From: Entomortierella parvispora E1425 | Lineage: Eukaryota > Fungi > Mortierellomycota | NCBI GenBank assembly: GCA_020891255.1 | Contig: BQFW01000005.1 | Span: 1,488,001-1,552,000, forward strand | Length of the DNA: 64,000 bases | Direction: 5' to 3' | Shown here: one piece after another, positions 36,016 through 46,805 of the stretch | Numbering within the stretch: the first letter of the stretch is position 1 | Layout of the letters: every line of letters starts with the position of its first letter | Translations under genes and position numbers: made by a program | Notes under the pieces: model-generated | What the model was told of the DNA's origin: nothing | What the model saw: only the letters and a program-made list of their open reading frames with translations | Database searches by the model: none

Positions 36016-36121
36016 TAAATCTACTACACCACAACGCGACGTGTACCTACGAAAGCTAGAAACTTGCAGTATAATAAAGCTTACTTCTTGTCTCCACTCC
36101 ACCCTCGATACTCCTATTGCA
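36016..36121 (+). repeat. D-type 3' terminus (to 36033) followed by nt 24-111 of a diverged A LTR
   Basis: ...TCTACTACACCACA|ACGCGACGTGTACC...CTATTGCA; 5 transitions relative to the young A LTR. Confidence 0.85.
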
Positions 36122-36766
36122 TGACTGGACCAAGCGAAAAGATGTTCTTGCCGTAGTCATTTGACACCACACAAGCAAGAGCCGTGAGCTGAGCTGATGA
36201 CAATCCAAGAGTTTGGCAAACACCTGCGCGACTGTAGGCCAGATGAAGTCCGCGAGAGATGGGTCGCCAGAGCGTGTAGATAGTACCATATGCAAGCATG
36301 TCACTGTCAGCCGATATGACAATGCCTTCTGGCCGGCAGTCCACCACGATGGCAACATCAGCCTCTGTCTCACATATCCGAAGAGTCCATCCAGCCTTGA
36401 GCAGGTAATCGATGAACTCCTGGCGAACTGAGGATGGCCAATAGAAAAGTGATGCAAGGCTCTTCTTGACATCCACTTTTAAATGGTTGTGAGTGATTCG
36501 TTGCTCGAGTGCATCAAGGTTCTTGCAGCATTTTTCAGTGGCTTTGTCGCGGTTGGCCTTTCGTTTTTTTGCTGTCTCTTCCTTCTCCACGCTGCGCCAC
36601 CATCAATGTAAAGTATGAGTCTATCCTTCGCGCCATAACACAGAAAGTTTGCTTCGAGGACCCAGTGCGCTTCTTCAGGCGCCTTAAAAGAGTATGCGTT
36701 GCGGATGATAGAGTAAAACGACAGCACATCAAGACGTTTTATACGGTCGGTCATGGTTGACTTCAC
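36122..36766 (-). pseudogene. XPG/PIN-like nuclease domain gene, frameshifted (~36590) and 3'-truncated by the A LTR
   Basis: RLDVLSFY...LYIDGGAA / EKEET...R...ETEADVAI...VISADSDML...LTALACVVSNDYGKNIFSLGP match FEN1/XPG-type N and I acidic motifs and the H3TH 'GxDY..xI.G.G' region. Confidence 0.75.
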
Positions 36767-37009
36767 GTTGGAAGAATAACAGAAGGTTCAGACAATCGCG
36801 TTTTTAAACACCGGATTTTGCATCCTAGACTGCGCCTTTCATCATTAACCTGCCCACAACTTCCTGTTCCGACTTCATAACCACGCTCACACCTATTCAT
36901 TCTAGTATCCATTTGGAGTGCATACCAGCATCTCTTTCAACGACGATAATAGTACCGGTACGTAATTGCCAAATTTTGCTTGTTCTGCTCTTATTTACAC
37001 ATTGGATTG

Positions 37010-37310
37010 ATTGAGGCGAACCATGACCGCAGATGCGGTAGTTCTAAAAGCGGTCGGGCCCACATGAACCTCCATGTTGAATGGTCTGCCTTCATGGAGG
37101 ACGGGGGAACATTGCCGCCCTATGCCTCAATTGGTCTTTGTCGATCCTTGTTTGATTATTGTTACTTCCTATTTTTCCTTGATCAATTGATGGCGAACGA
37201 TGACCACAGATGTGGTAGTTCTAAAAGCGGTCGGTCCCACATGAACCTCCAAGTTGAATGATCGACCTTCTTGGAGGACGGGGGAACATTGCTGCCTTAT
37301 GCCTCGTTGT
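37010..37310. repeat. 177-bp tandem duplication with a conserved, structured ~115-bp core (candidate ncRNA or cis element)
   Basis: GGCGAAC at 37015 and 37192; cores differ at only ~11 positions, linkers are much more diverged; two compensatory changes in hairpins. Confidence 0.85.
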
Positions 37311-38503
37311 TCTTTGTAGACCTTTTTTGAATGATATGAAGAAGCTTGACAGATTCTTCTGACAATATGGCTAACGTAATCGTCAGGGAGTCCCTCAATT
37401 CAACTTTTCATAACGTGATAGGAAGTGCGCCAGAGCCGACCGCGGCACACCATGCCGAGGACAACGATGAATGCATGGGGGGGAGAAAATTAAATGTTTG
37501 TGTGGGACGCGCACACGCGAGTGGAAAAAAAGAAGTCCCTTGCTCGACAGTTGCTCTCTGCTTTTACAATCCACGATGAGGCCAGACAACACTTCCAGCA
37601 TCTGCACAGATTCTCATGTGACCCTTCCTGGGGAGGTCTGAGCGGAGATCTGTCGTTATCTTTACCCATCTCAACTCATCGAATCTCGATGGTCAACAAA
37701 GAACAGGGCAGGGTTGTGTCCTCGCTTGGGCTCTGGCGCCGTATGTTTGTTAGCGCCTACAGGTCCAAGGCACACTTACGATCGCTTGCCTATATTCCAA
37801 ATCCAAGAGCTCTATGCTGTTTATGTGTGCATCCAGGCTCCACGAGATGCTTCTATTTGAGTTGATACGATCCAAAGGACCTTTCCAAATTGACTGTTCC
37901 AATACCTATTTTGCTGTCGAGACTATCAACAGAGGATTTTCAAGGAGCTGAAGGTCTGCGAATGATTCATGGAGTGAGCAATACGACCGTGCGCTAGGGC
38001 CAAGCGCACGCCCAGGTCACGATTGCTAATAATCGCCTTGTATCTGATCTTATGGTCCGTTGAGCGACATCAAGCTTTGGCGCGAAGATGACAATTTTTC
38101 TGGCGTCCTTGCCACTGATGATGTTTTGTTCAAGAGCTTTTCTTGATTGTCCGTTAATGTTCTTTTAAGACTCAGTCCAGGAAGCATTTTGCTTCCCCTC
38201 TTTATTCCAGGCATTTATTGCTGCAGCACCCATATACGTAGTTTCCAACAGATGCCAAGTTTCTTTCTTTTTTTTTTTTTTCTTTCTTTCGTGTCTCCGC
38301 GGCGCGCATGCGGTCTTACGTCGCCATGTCCTCAGGCCTCGCTACAGGTTAGGTTGGCGAGTCGAGTATGAGGTCGCACTTTTAAAAATAATCCCGCCTA
38401 ATATCAACACGTCTTCCGACATTGCTTTCTCGTCGTTCTTATCATCGGTTTATCCCCTGGCTGGTTATGTACGCTTCTTCAATCAAGTTCCTATTGGGGG
38501 TCA

Positions 38504-39976
38504 TCAGAACAAAGACTGCGAGGCAACATTGTGCAGGAAATGATCATCCATTCTATTTCCAACGGAGGCCCTTGTTTGGGTGTCTGCAGCCGAACCCAAT
38601 CTTACACATTGATCTGTGCCGGGAAAGTCAGGTAGATTTAAGCCCCACTTCTCATCCATGTGCCTATGTAGAGTACGGAGCGTCAATTCAATCAATCATA
38701 TTCAAGCCAGAACACAACACATTTCATGTCATTAAGTATCTGAAATCCTCATACTTGTTGATAAAGCGGCCACCAAGGTAGTGGATGCCTTGAAAACCTT
38801 GAGCACCTTCCTTGGGAGCAGTCAAGGATACCAACATCGACGGCAATAGTCCATTTCCTCCAATATCTCCTAAGAACAGGACGCTAAGTTAAACATCGCT
38901 TCCTCTTTCCGCATGAGGCCATTGTTCTTTGGATCTGAATTTACCTTTCTCCACATCCCATGCCGAAGGTATATCAACTACAAATAGGCAAGTGGGTTAA
39001 TTGGATATAATGAGATATCAAAGTCAGAGTAATTAGTGTCTGTCTTCGAAACCTACCAGACACTATCGGTAGCGAGGTCTTTGACAAGGCGCCGATGGCT
39101 CCACGGAACGGCTCTCTAACCTCGCCGCTGAAACTGAATCCTGGTTTAAGGACCAAAGGAGCATGTCAACGAAGTTTCTTTGCGCTGAGCCATTACAAAG
39201 TCATAGTTACGTCGTGTCGCGTCAAACTGGTGCTTACCAAAAATAGCATCGACAACGAGGTCAGCATCTTTTAGTCCTGCATCAGGACTCTCCACAAATG
39301 GAATATCCAGTAGTTCACACTGTCTCATCAAGCCCTATACATGATAATCGTTGTCAGATCTCCTTGGGAATACTTCCGTGCTGCGCGACTGAGCCGGTCA
39401 AGTCATTATCGTCTACCTTATTTACGGGCTTGTCAGGTCTCTTGGGATAGTAGATTCTTGGCCTGTAGCCAAAGTGGGCAAGATGCCGGGCAGCAACTAG
39501 TCCTATTGGTAGAAAACAAGGGGAGGGAGAAGGGAAAAGAGTTGTCAGCAGTGGTACAGTCATGGCAATCTTACTACGTGGGTTTCTTCAACTAACCATC
39601 AAGTCCGTTGTTCCCAGGACCTGAGAAGACAGCTACGGCGGGGAATTGGTCCTTGCTGTAAACCTTTGTGATTGCCTGGGCAACACTAAACCCCGCTAGA
39701 TATGGGCTCTTGTTAGAAAAGAAGCTGGGACGGCAGAGTCATAGTGGCTGACACATGAACGCACACACTCATTCCTCGGTTACCTAGTTCCACAAGTTGT
39801 TCAAAGCAGAAGCCCCCGCCAGTGGGCGACATGAGCTCAACATCTATTGCTTGCGCTGTTCGTTGGGACAGATACTAACAAGAGACAGACAGACATAACG
39901 CAGATGGCTAAGTGTGTTGATCCGCAAGCAAACAGGTTCACACACAGCCATTTGTCTGTCTTACCTTCAAGGACAT
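38504..39976 (-). CDS. NNR1: NAD(P)HX epimerase (YjeF-N; NAXE/Nnr1-like), multi-exon
   Basis: Spliced MSLK|[15 protein letters not shown]...[14 protein letters not shown]...[16 protein letters not shown]...[14 protein letters not shown]...[11 protein letters not shown]...HYLGGRF...[14 protein letters not shown]. Confidence 0.9.
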
Positions 39977-40044
39977 GGGTGAAATGAATGGCTGTCTTTC
40001 ACAAAAGCAGTCTTCCTAGGAGCGGAGAAAAGAGACAGAAAACG

Positions 40045-40057
40045 GTGACTGCCTTCT
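40045..40057 (+). promoter_or_regulatory. Homol-D-like motif in the NNR1/NOP1 divergent promoter
   Basis: GTGACTGCCTTCT, identical to 52576-52588. Confidence 0.45.
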
Positions 40058-40266
40058 ATGAGAAAAGCTAAGCCACAACAACAAACGACAGAAAGAAAAA
40101 AAAAAAAGAAAAAAAAAGAAAAAGACATACAAAGTCAACCCCCAGCCATCTTCCACTCTTTTCCACTCTTCACTCTTCACTCCCATTCCCCTTTTGATCT
40201 GTCCCTCCAGAGATCAATCACTCAATCGTCAGTCCTTCTTCTCTTAAACACTTCCAAGCAATAACA

Positions 40267-41506
40267 ATGGGTTTCGGTATGTCTTTCTATGATTCACTCT
40301 TGCCTCCCCAATCCTCCTGATCAGCTGCATCGTCGTCTCTCTAGTTCATCAAGTCATTGTGAACGATTCAACTATTGAGAGAAACCTTCCAGACTGTCCT
40401 CACCGGTGACCCATAGCCTTAGTTTCCGATATATTTCTACGTATATGAATGTAAACTAACCTATGTTATTCCAATTGACCTATAGGTGATCGTGGTGGCC
40501 GTGGTGGCCGTGGTGGTGGCCGTGGTGGTTTCGGTGGTGATCGCGGTGGTCGTGGCGGTGGCCGTGGTGGCGGCCGTGGCGGCTTCGGCGGTGACCGTGG
40601 TGGTCGTGGCGGTGGACGCGGTGGAGGTAATGTCATAATCTTTTCTGTCTAGAATGAACATCGGTCCATTGTGCTATTGGGTCATCATACTCATCGAATT
40701 TTTTTATTTTTATTTAACTAGCTGTTGCCAAGCGTGGTGGTGGACGTGGCGGCGCTCGCGGTGGACGCGGTGGTGCCCGTGGCGGTGCCAAGGGTGGTGC
40801 CAAGGTCACTGTCGAGCCTCACAGACACGAGGGTATCTTCGTCGCTCACGGAAAGGAAGATTACTTGTTGACCAAGAACTTGGTTCCCGGCGAGTCAGTT
40901 TACGGCGAGAAGCGCATCTCCATCGAGGGTGCTGATGGCGCCAAGGTTGAGTACCGCGTCTGGAACCCTTTCCGTTCCAAGGTCGCTGCCGGTGTCCTCG
41001 GAGGTGTTGACAACATCCACATCGCCCCCGGCAAGAAGGTCCTTTACCTCGGTGCTGCCTCCGGAACTACCGTCTCCCACGTTGCTGACATTGTCGGCCC
41101 CGAGGGTCTCGTCTATGCCGTTGAGTTCTCTCACCGCTCCGGACGTGATTTGATCAACATGGCCAAGAAGCGCACCAACGTCATCCCCATCATTGAGGAT
41201 GCCCGTCACCCCCACAAGTACCGCATGTTGGTTGGTATGGTCGATGTCATCTTCGCTGATGTTGCCCAGCCTGATCAGTCCCGTATTATCGGAATCAACG
41301 CCCACCACTTCTTGAAGAACAACGGGCACATTGTCATTTCGATCAAGGCTAACTGTATCGACTCCACCGTCGATGCCGCTACCGTTTTTGCTGGTGAGAT
41401 CCCCAAGCTCCAGGAGCAGCGCATTAAGCCCCAGGAGCAGTTGACCTTGGAGCCTTTCGAGAGAGATCACGCCTTGGTTGTCGGAAAGTACGTTCGCTCC
41501 AAGTAA
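40267..41506 (+). CDS. NOP1: Fibrillarin, rRNA 2'-O-methyltransferase (3 exons, GAR domain)
   Basis: ATGGGTTTCG|GT...; GRGG repeats; [52 protein letters not shown]. Confidence 0.98.
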
Positions 41507-41681
41507 ACGTACGCACTAGTTCCTTATCCATCCTCTCACTTTACAATTCTGTATATTATTTTACCGGCATCATTAAACAAAATTTTCGATCACTTTTTTT
41601 CTTGTGGAGTTGGATGGATGGCGAATTATTCTGCGAGAAACCGAGAGGTGCTTGTTTAAAAATACAATGCTTTTTTCTTTA

Positions 41682-44600
41682 TTAAACCAGTCCAAAACCG
41701 TTGGCATTTTCGATGGCTGTTATAAGTCTCTCCTTCAATTTTTCTTTACCAGAGAACTCTGGCAAAAGCAAACGAGAAAAGCAGGTTAGAGCCGTTGGCA
41801 GTCGATCTGAGTCGGGCCCATTCCGCTGAATGACAAACGTTAGGTCCTTGAGGCCCCGAATTGGGACACGATCCGATCCTGTCACAAATGCCAAAAGCTT
41901 CTTGTGTTGCTCAGGCGAGAGTTCATTGTGCACCAGATCCCAAAACTCCTTGATTAGTGTGTGGTTGGAGCTGTAACCGTCGTCATACAGACAGCTGGCT
42001 TCGAGATCATACATATCGAGCTCTGGGTTGCCACACAGTAATAGCTCCAATTCCTCGGGTCGCAAGAGCTAAAATAGAAGCGAAAGTTTGTAAGGATGTT
42101 GCTCAGGATAGTTGCCCAAGATAAAGACAAGCAAAATGCTCAGTTAACTAATCAAAGTTGGTACCTTTAAAGCTTCCCCTCCGCATATTTTATCGAAGCC
42201 TCGCTGGAATGCCTCGAACTCTTGATCAATATGCTCATGTACATAGTGGTGTATGTATGCATCCACATACATAGATCGATTCTCGTTCGTAACAGGGACG
42301 TCTTCGCCATTTGGAATCAGAGGTAAGGTCGTCACCTGAGAAAGGTGTTCGTATGAAATCTCAAAAGATCTCATGAAGACATCGTAGACGTCGCCGTCAG
42401 ACCAGCTCAGCATTTGCCCGAGTCCTCGCCCCAGCGCCTTTTTTTTTTTTTTAAAAAAAAAAAAGAAAAATGAAAGAAAACAGTAAAAATTAGCCATCAC
42501 AGAGTCGTAGTAATCGTTGTTGAATGAATGACAACCGGTGCATGTGAAACCTACCGGGAATGACTCTGTGAACGAGTCCAAATCGATCTCCCATCCAAGT
42601 AATTTGCGGTATGTTACAGATGGGAATCGGACACCAAGGATAACGCCATTGTACAGAGCGAGGCCTACCAAAATTCCAACCAGTTCATATTCAACTAGCC
42701 GCATCTCCTTCTCTTTGCCAGAAACATCCAACGGACAAGACCCATCAAGCTGGCCTTCAAACCACCAGCAGCGTCCTTCGTCTAACTCCTTGAACAGTCC
42801 AAATTGTGAATCAAATACTCTCTCGACCATGATCTGGAAAAATTCCTTTGTGACACCTCCTTGATCCATGCCTTCCTCGCCAACGTCCACAAATGCAACT
42901 TTCAACGGTTTTTTGAGGTCTGCGTGTTTCCGGGTAATCTGTTCAAAGGCCTCCTCCACGAGACGAGCTCGCGTAAGCTCCAGAACCAAGTAAGGCGATG
43001 AGCCCGCTCGGATGCCCTTTTGAAATTCGCGAGCTGAAGGTGTCCCGGCTTCCGGTAGCAAACGTTGGGCGTGATCTGCAAGAGCGTGACGAACACATGC
43101 ATCTTCATAATAGGCCGCCATCTGCGTCAGTGAATCCAGGTTGATAATGTGTGACTTTGATGTGGGGGACATCAAAAATGGGTAGTCAAAGTAAGAAAAT
43201 TGCCTCTTAGACTCACTAAACAAAAAAAAAAAAAAAAAAAAAAGTTAATACCGTCATATTAACATGAAGGTGAACTAGTGAACTATGGTGACGGTGCCGA
43301 AGGAAAAAAAAGAGAAAAAAAAATATTGTTTCTTACGGCTGTCCCCAGTTTTTTCGCCAGATAAGATATTCATCTTTGAACTTCAGGGCCTCCATCACTC
43401 CAGAATAAAAATACTTGTACGATATTGCCGCCGACACAGGGGGATTGGCGCTGTCTGACCGCCGTCGGCGCTCTTGTTCCCGCTTAGTTCCAATCATGTT
43501 GGCACGATATAAGATGTCAAGTGCCTGAACTGCACAAATAGCAGGGTGCGTTGAACCAGCAGGACGAGGTGTAAAATGAGCCGAGAGATACATCTTAAAA
43601 AGTGTTACTAGTTGTGCCATTCCTTCCTCGTCCAGCCACGAGAGCCAATTGCATAGAATTGTAGCATCGGGGAGAGAGGTGAATATCAATAAGATGCGTC
43701 TCAGCAAAGACTCTTGGTAGGGCTGTTCGAATAAAAAGGGGTTCTGCACATGAAAGAGAAGGATCAGAATTAATAATGGCTTCGAGTAATGTCAATAAAA
43801 AACTCAAAAACCTCAAAAAAAAACAAAATACCATTAGAAGCACGATCAGAGCCCTCATCTCTTCATCTGACCATACTTTATGACCCCCAAGTTGCTCCAA
43901 TTCGAGTTCCAGTCTTGCAAGTAACATCTCCATCGAATTGGTGACCTGGACCGCAAATATTGTCCTCGGTTTGAGTTCAATCATCATCTCATAACATTCA
44001 CGCAGGGCTTCCAGGTCAATACCGCCAACCCCGCTGTTATCGACGGAGGGAGATTCATGGCTAGATCCTTGTATCCCAGCTTCCTTGTCTTTGATTAAAA
44101 AGCTAGATCCCAAGGCCGACGCGGAAGCAAACACTGATCTCAGGGAGTCCAGAAGAAACGTCGAATCACCCTCTGTAGAGCTTAGACTTGAGTACCATGC
44201 CGCTGAGTATGTTCGTTGTGCAGGTGATTTGAGTTGATTCATCTCTCCAACTGGAGGTGATGGCTCAAATTCTTCAGGGCATGATAATAGTTCAATTGAC
44301 CCAGATCGAGACCTATATTCCAACTGAACGCCAGACTCATTCGTTTGAGGCTTTGCTGGAGAATTACAAAACCCGAGCTGAAGCTCCTCCTCACCTGGCG
44401 TCAAAGCTACTTCACGTGCAGAGCCTTTTGAGGAGTTCGAGGCGGTCGTTTCCGGCATGGTATTTTTTTCCGAATCTTCTGGGTTTACCCCACTACGGCT
44501 GACCTCAGAGTCCACATCCAGGTGTCCTGCGGTTCCAAGTAATCGCTCCAACGAATCCACTGTGTTTCTCCGAGCAACTGTAGGAATGGGTTTCAAAAGC

Positions 44601-46468
44601 AGGTCTGAGCTCGACACTACCCGTGGCGGGGTATCTGTTGTAGAAGCGTTATAAGTAACGATAGCCTGGCGTAGGAGAGTCAGATTCAAATACGGAAGCG
44701 CAAAGTCGGTTTGCTCCTGATTACTAAAAGAAGAGCGTCTCTTTAACATCAGGGGCGACGATGAGGAATACGTCATGTTCTGTTTTCCTAGGCGCGAATC
44801 CAACGTAAGGGGCTGGCCAGGTTGGTCGATAAAGGATGCAGTCCCTGATTCTACCGAGTCTGCAGAGTCCCGTCGCCGAAGGGTAGTCCTAATGAGTGGA
44901 GGTGGTCTTTCCTGTTCCGAGAGTAGCCGTGACGAAGACGCACCGGAGAGATCCACGGGACTAAAAGAAGGCGTGTGGGACATTGGTGAGGGCTGAATAT
45001 CAGCAAGTTCAGATTTTGTCCCTTGTATCGAACTTGCCGAGTAAAAGTGTTCCCCGTGTTCTAGTGATGATACTGAGTCGTCGTCGCTATCCGGGTCGTA
45101 AGTTGATCCAAGGCGAGGAGTGATGCAGGGCGTGTGGGATTCGGTTGTTTTCCCGCGCCATCTATGCTGAAGAGGTGTATGATCATTCGAAGTTGACCTT
45201 TGCGAGTCGGAAGCAGAGCGGTAATACTGCGAGAGGTCCAGAAAGTCCCGAGATTGTAATGATCTTGAAGTCAGTCCTAGCCCCACTGCTTCTTCGCTAT
45301 AGAGTGAGGTCGGCACGCCTACTGTTGTCTTTGAGCGCCAGGTATGCACCCGATCCATCATGTCTGTCATCCTGTGTCGCTGGCTTGTAGCTGGGGGGCT
45401 AAACGAGCGTGGCTGAGGTTTTTTCTTGGACGTGCCATGATCTCCAAGCATATTCCGGGCATTCCGAGGACGAGAGGGGGTGTCCTGAGTACTGTTGTTC
45501 GAAAACGATCTCCTGGTTGTTCTGGAGTCTCCTGAGCCCATGCCATGCGAGGCAGATTTCGATGAAGAAAACATGTCTGAGAATGGCGAGACTGAAAGCA
45601 GCGATCGAAATAGAGGCATCCCTGCGACTGCATGGTGTTCAGTGTCAGCAATGACGGGGGTTCTGCATGTATCGGAAGAAGAGGAGGGTGTAGACTTCAG
45701 CGAAGAGAGGGCGCGGGACTTTGGAAATGAGACTCCTTGTTCAGAGCGTTCGCTGGGCTCGTATGTCCTGTTATCCTTAGTCCAGTTGAAGTCATCCACT
45801 GCACATTTTATGACTGGCGATGACCGTACCGAGGTTGTATGTTTGGTGTTTCCGCCAAGTCCAGATGTGGTTCTTTGCCTTGTATGTATTGAAGTCGACA
45901 AGTTCAAGGGACAGCCGCCAAGCTCTCCTGATAGAGGTGAATCGGTAGTTGGGATTGCTGGATCTAATGGGCAGTTATTACAAAAGAACAGGCGTGGACG
46001 TGCGGCGAGTTGGACAGAAAGAATGGCAGCCGCATCCTTGGACATCTTTGGAGAAGCAGGGCACGATCGACAGAGACGGTTCAAGCACTGACTCTTCTGG
46101 CAGCCGACTGTCAGTTGATAATAGTACCGCCGGACATTGAGCTCAAAGTTCTTCTTTGCGTGGGTCTGATCATCCGCTTCGGATCCCACTCTACTCGGAG
46201 CAGGCGAGCTCGAGAGGCTCTTGGCAAGGGCAGGGTCCGCTAAGGCCAGCTGAACCGAAGGCGTCAGCTGTTTGGATGGAGGTCTTGACGATTGTGTTCG
46301 CTGTCGCTGACGAGACGGAGAAGGCGATTCTCTAGCGTGGATGGACAGATGCGATGGCGAATGCGAACAGGAAGGCGCAGCAGGGATGGGAGAGGAAGTG
46401 ACGCTTTGTCCTAGAGTTGGATCCTGCTGTTCAAGACCAGTGAGAAATGCAGAGACCGGTGAGGACAT
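41682..46468 (-). CDS. HECT E3 ubiquitin ligase with N-terminal AZUL zinc domain (UBE3A/HUL4-like), multi-exon
   Basis: RRYYYQLTVGCQKSQCLNRLC (AZUL); DLKKPLKVAF...GEEGMDQGGVTKEFF; FVTGSDRVP; DRLPTALTCFSRLLLPEF (catalytic Cys). Confidence 0.93.
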
Positions 46469-46609
46469 CTTTCTGCGGAAGGAGCGAAGGAGGTGTATAT
46501 GAGAAAGAGAGAGAGAGAGGAAAAGGGAGCGAAAGAGGAAGATGCACTGAGAAGAAGAGACGAGTGGATGACCAATGATGATTAATCCATGCGAGCGACT
46601 GGACAGAAG

Positions 46610-46705
46610 AACGCTTGAATGAATGCAAGGGAATGCAAGGGAATGCAAGGAATGAATGAATGAAATGAATGAATGCAAAGGAATGAATGAAGTGAGCAAT
46701 GAAAA
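46610..46705 (+). repeat. GAAT/GGAATGCAA simple repeat upstream of the HECT gene
   Basis: Direct reading of GAATGAATGCAAGGGAATGCAAGGG... Confidence 0.85.
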
Positions 46706-46805
46706 GAAAAGAAGGGAGACGCTCCATTTGATTTATTTATTGTGTTCTCCCTAATCCTAATCGAGCCAAGCTGCGCACACGGGCCGTGCCCGCGCGTCCC
46801 ACGGT

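Noticed and set aside
37040-37085. Resemblance to the 5' half of bacterial 5S rRNA (GCGGTxGGTCCCACxTGAxCCxCCATG)
   Set aside because: The 5S helix partners and 3' half are absent, and the covarying hairpin is incompatible with the 5S fold.
37010-37310. Hammerhead, HDV-like, twister or H/ACA assignment for the tandem motif
   Set aside because: No CUGANGA/GAAA core, no HDV P1 partner, twister elements in the wrong order, and an H/ACA fold conflicts with the covarying stem.
37490-38150. Degenerate F-box/LRR-like pseudogene remnant
   Set aside because: Only vague fragments with many stops; not supportable.
40277-40486. Intronic C/D snoRNA in NOP1 intron 1
   Set aside because: No complete box C (RTGATGA) paired with a terminal stem.
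46469-46699. N-terminal 77-aa extension of ORF 43595-46699
   Set aside because: It translates a TTCA/TC microsatellite leader; ATG 46468 (MSSPVSAF) is the plausible start.
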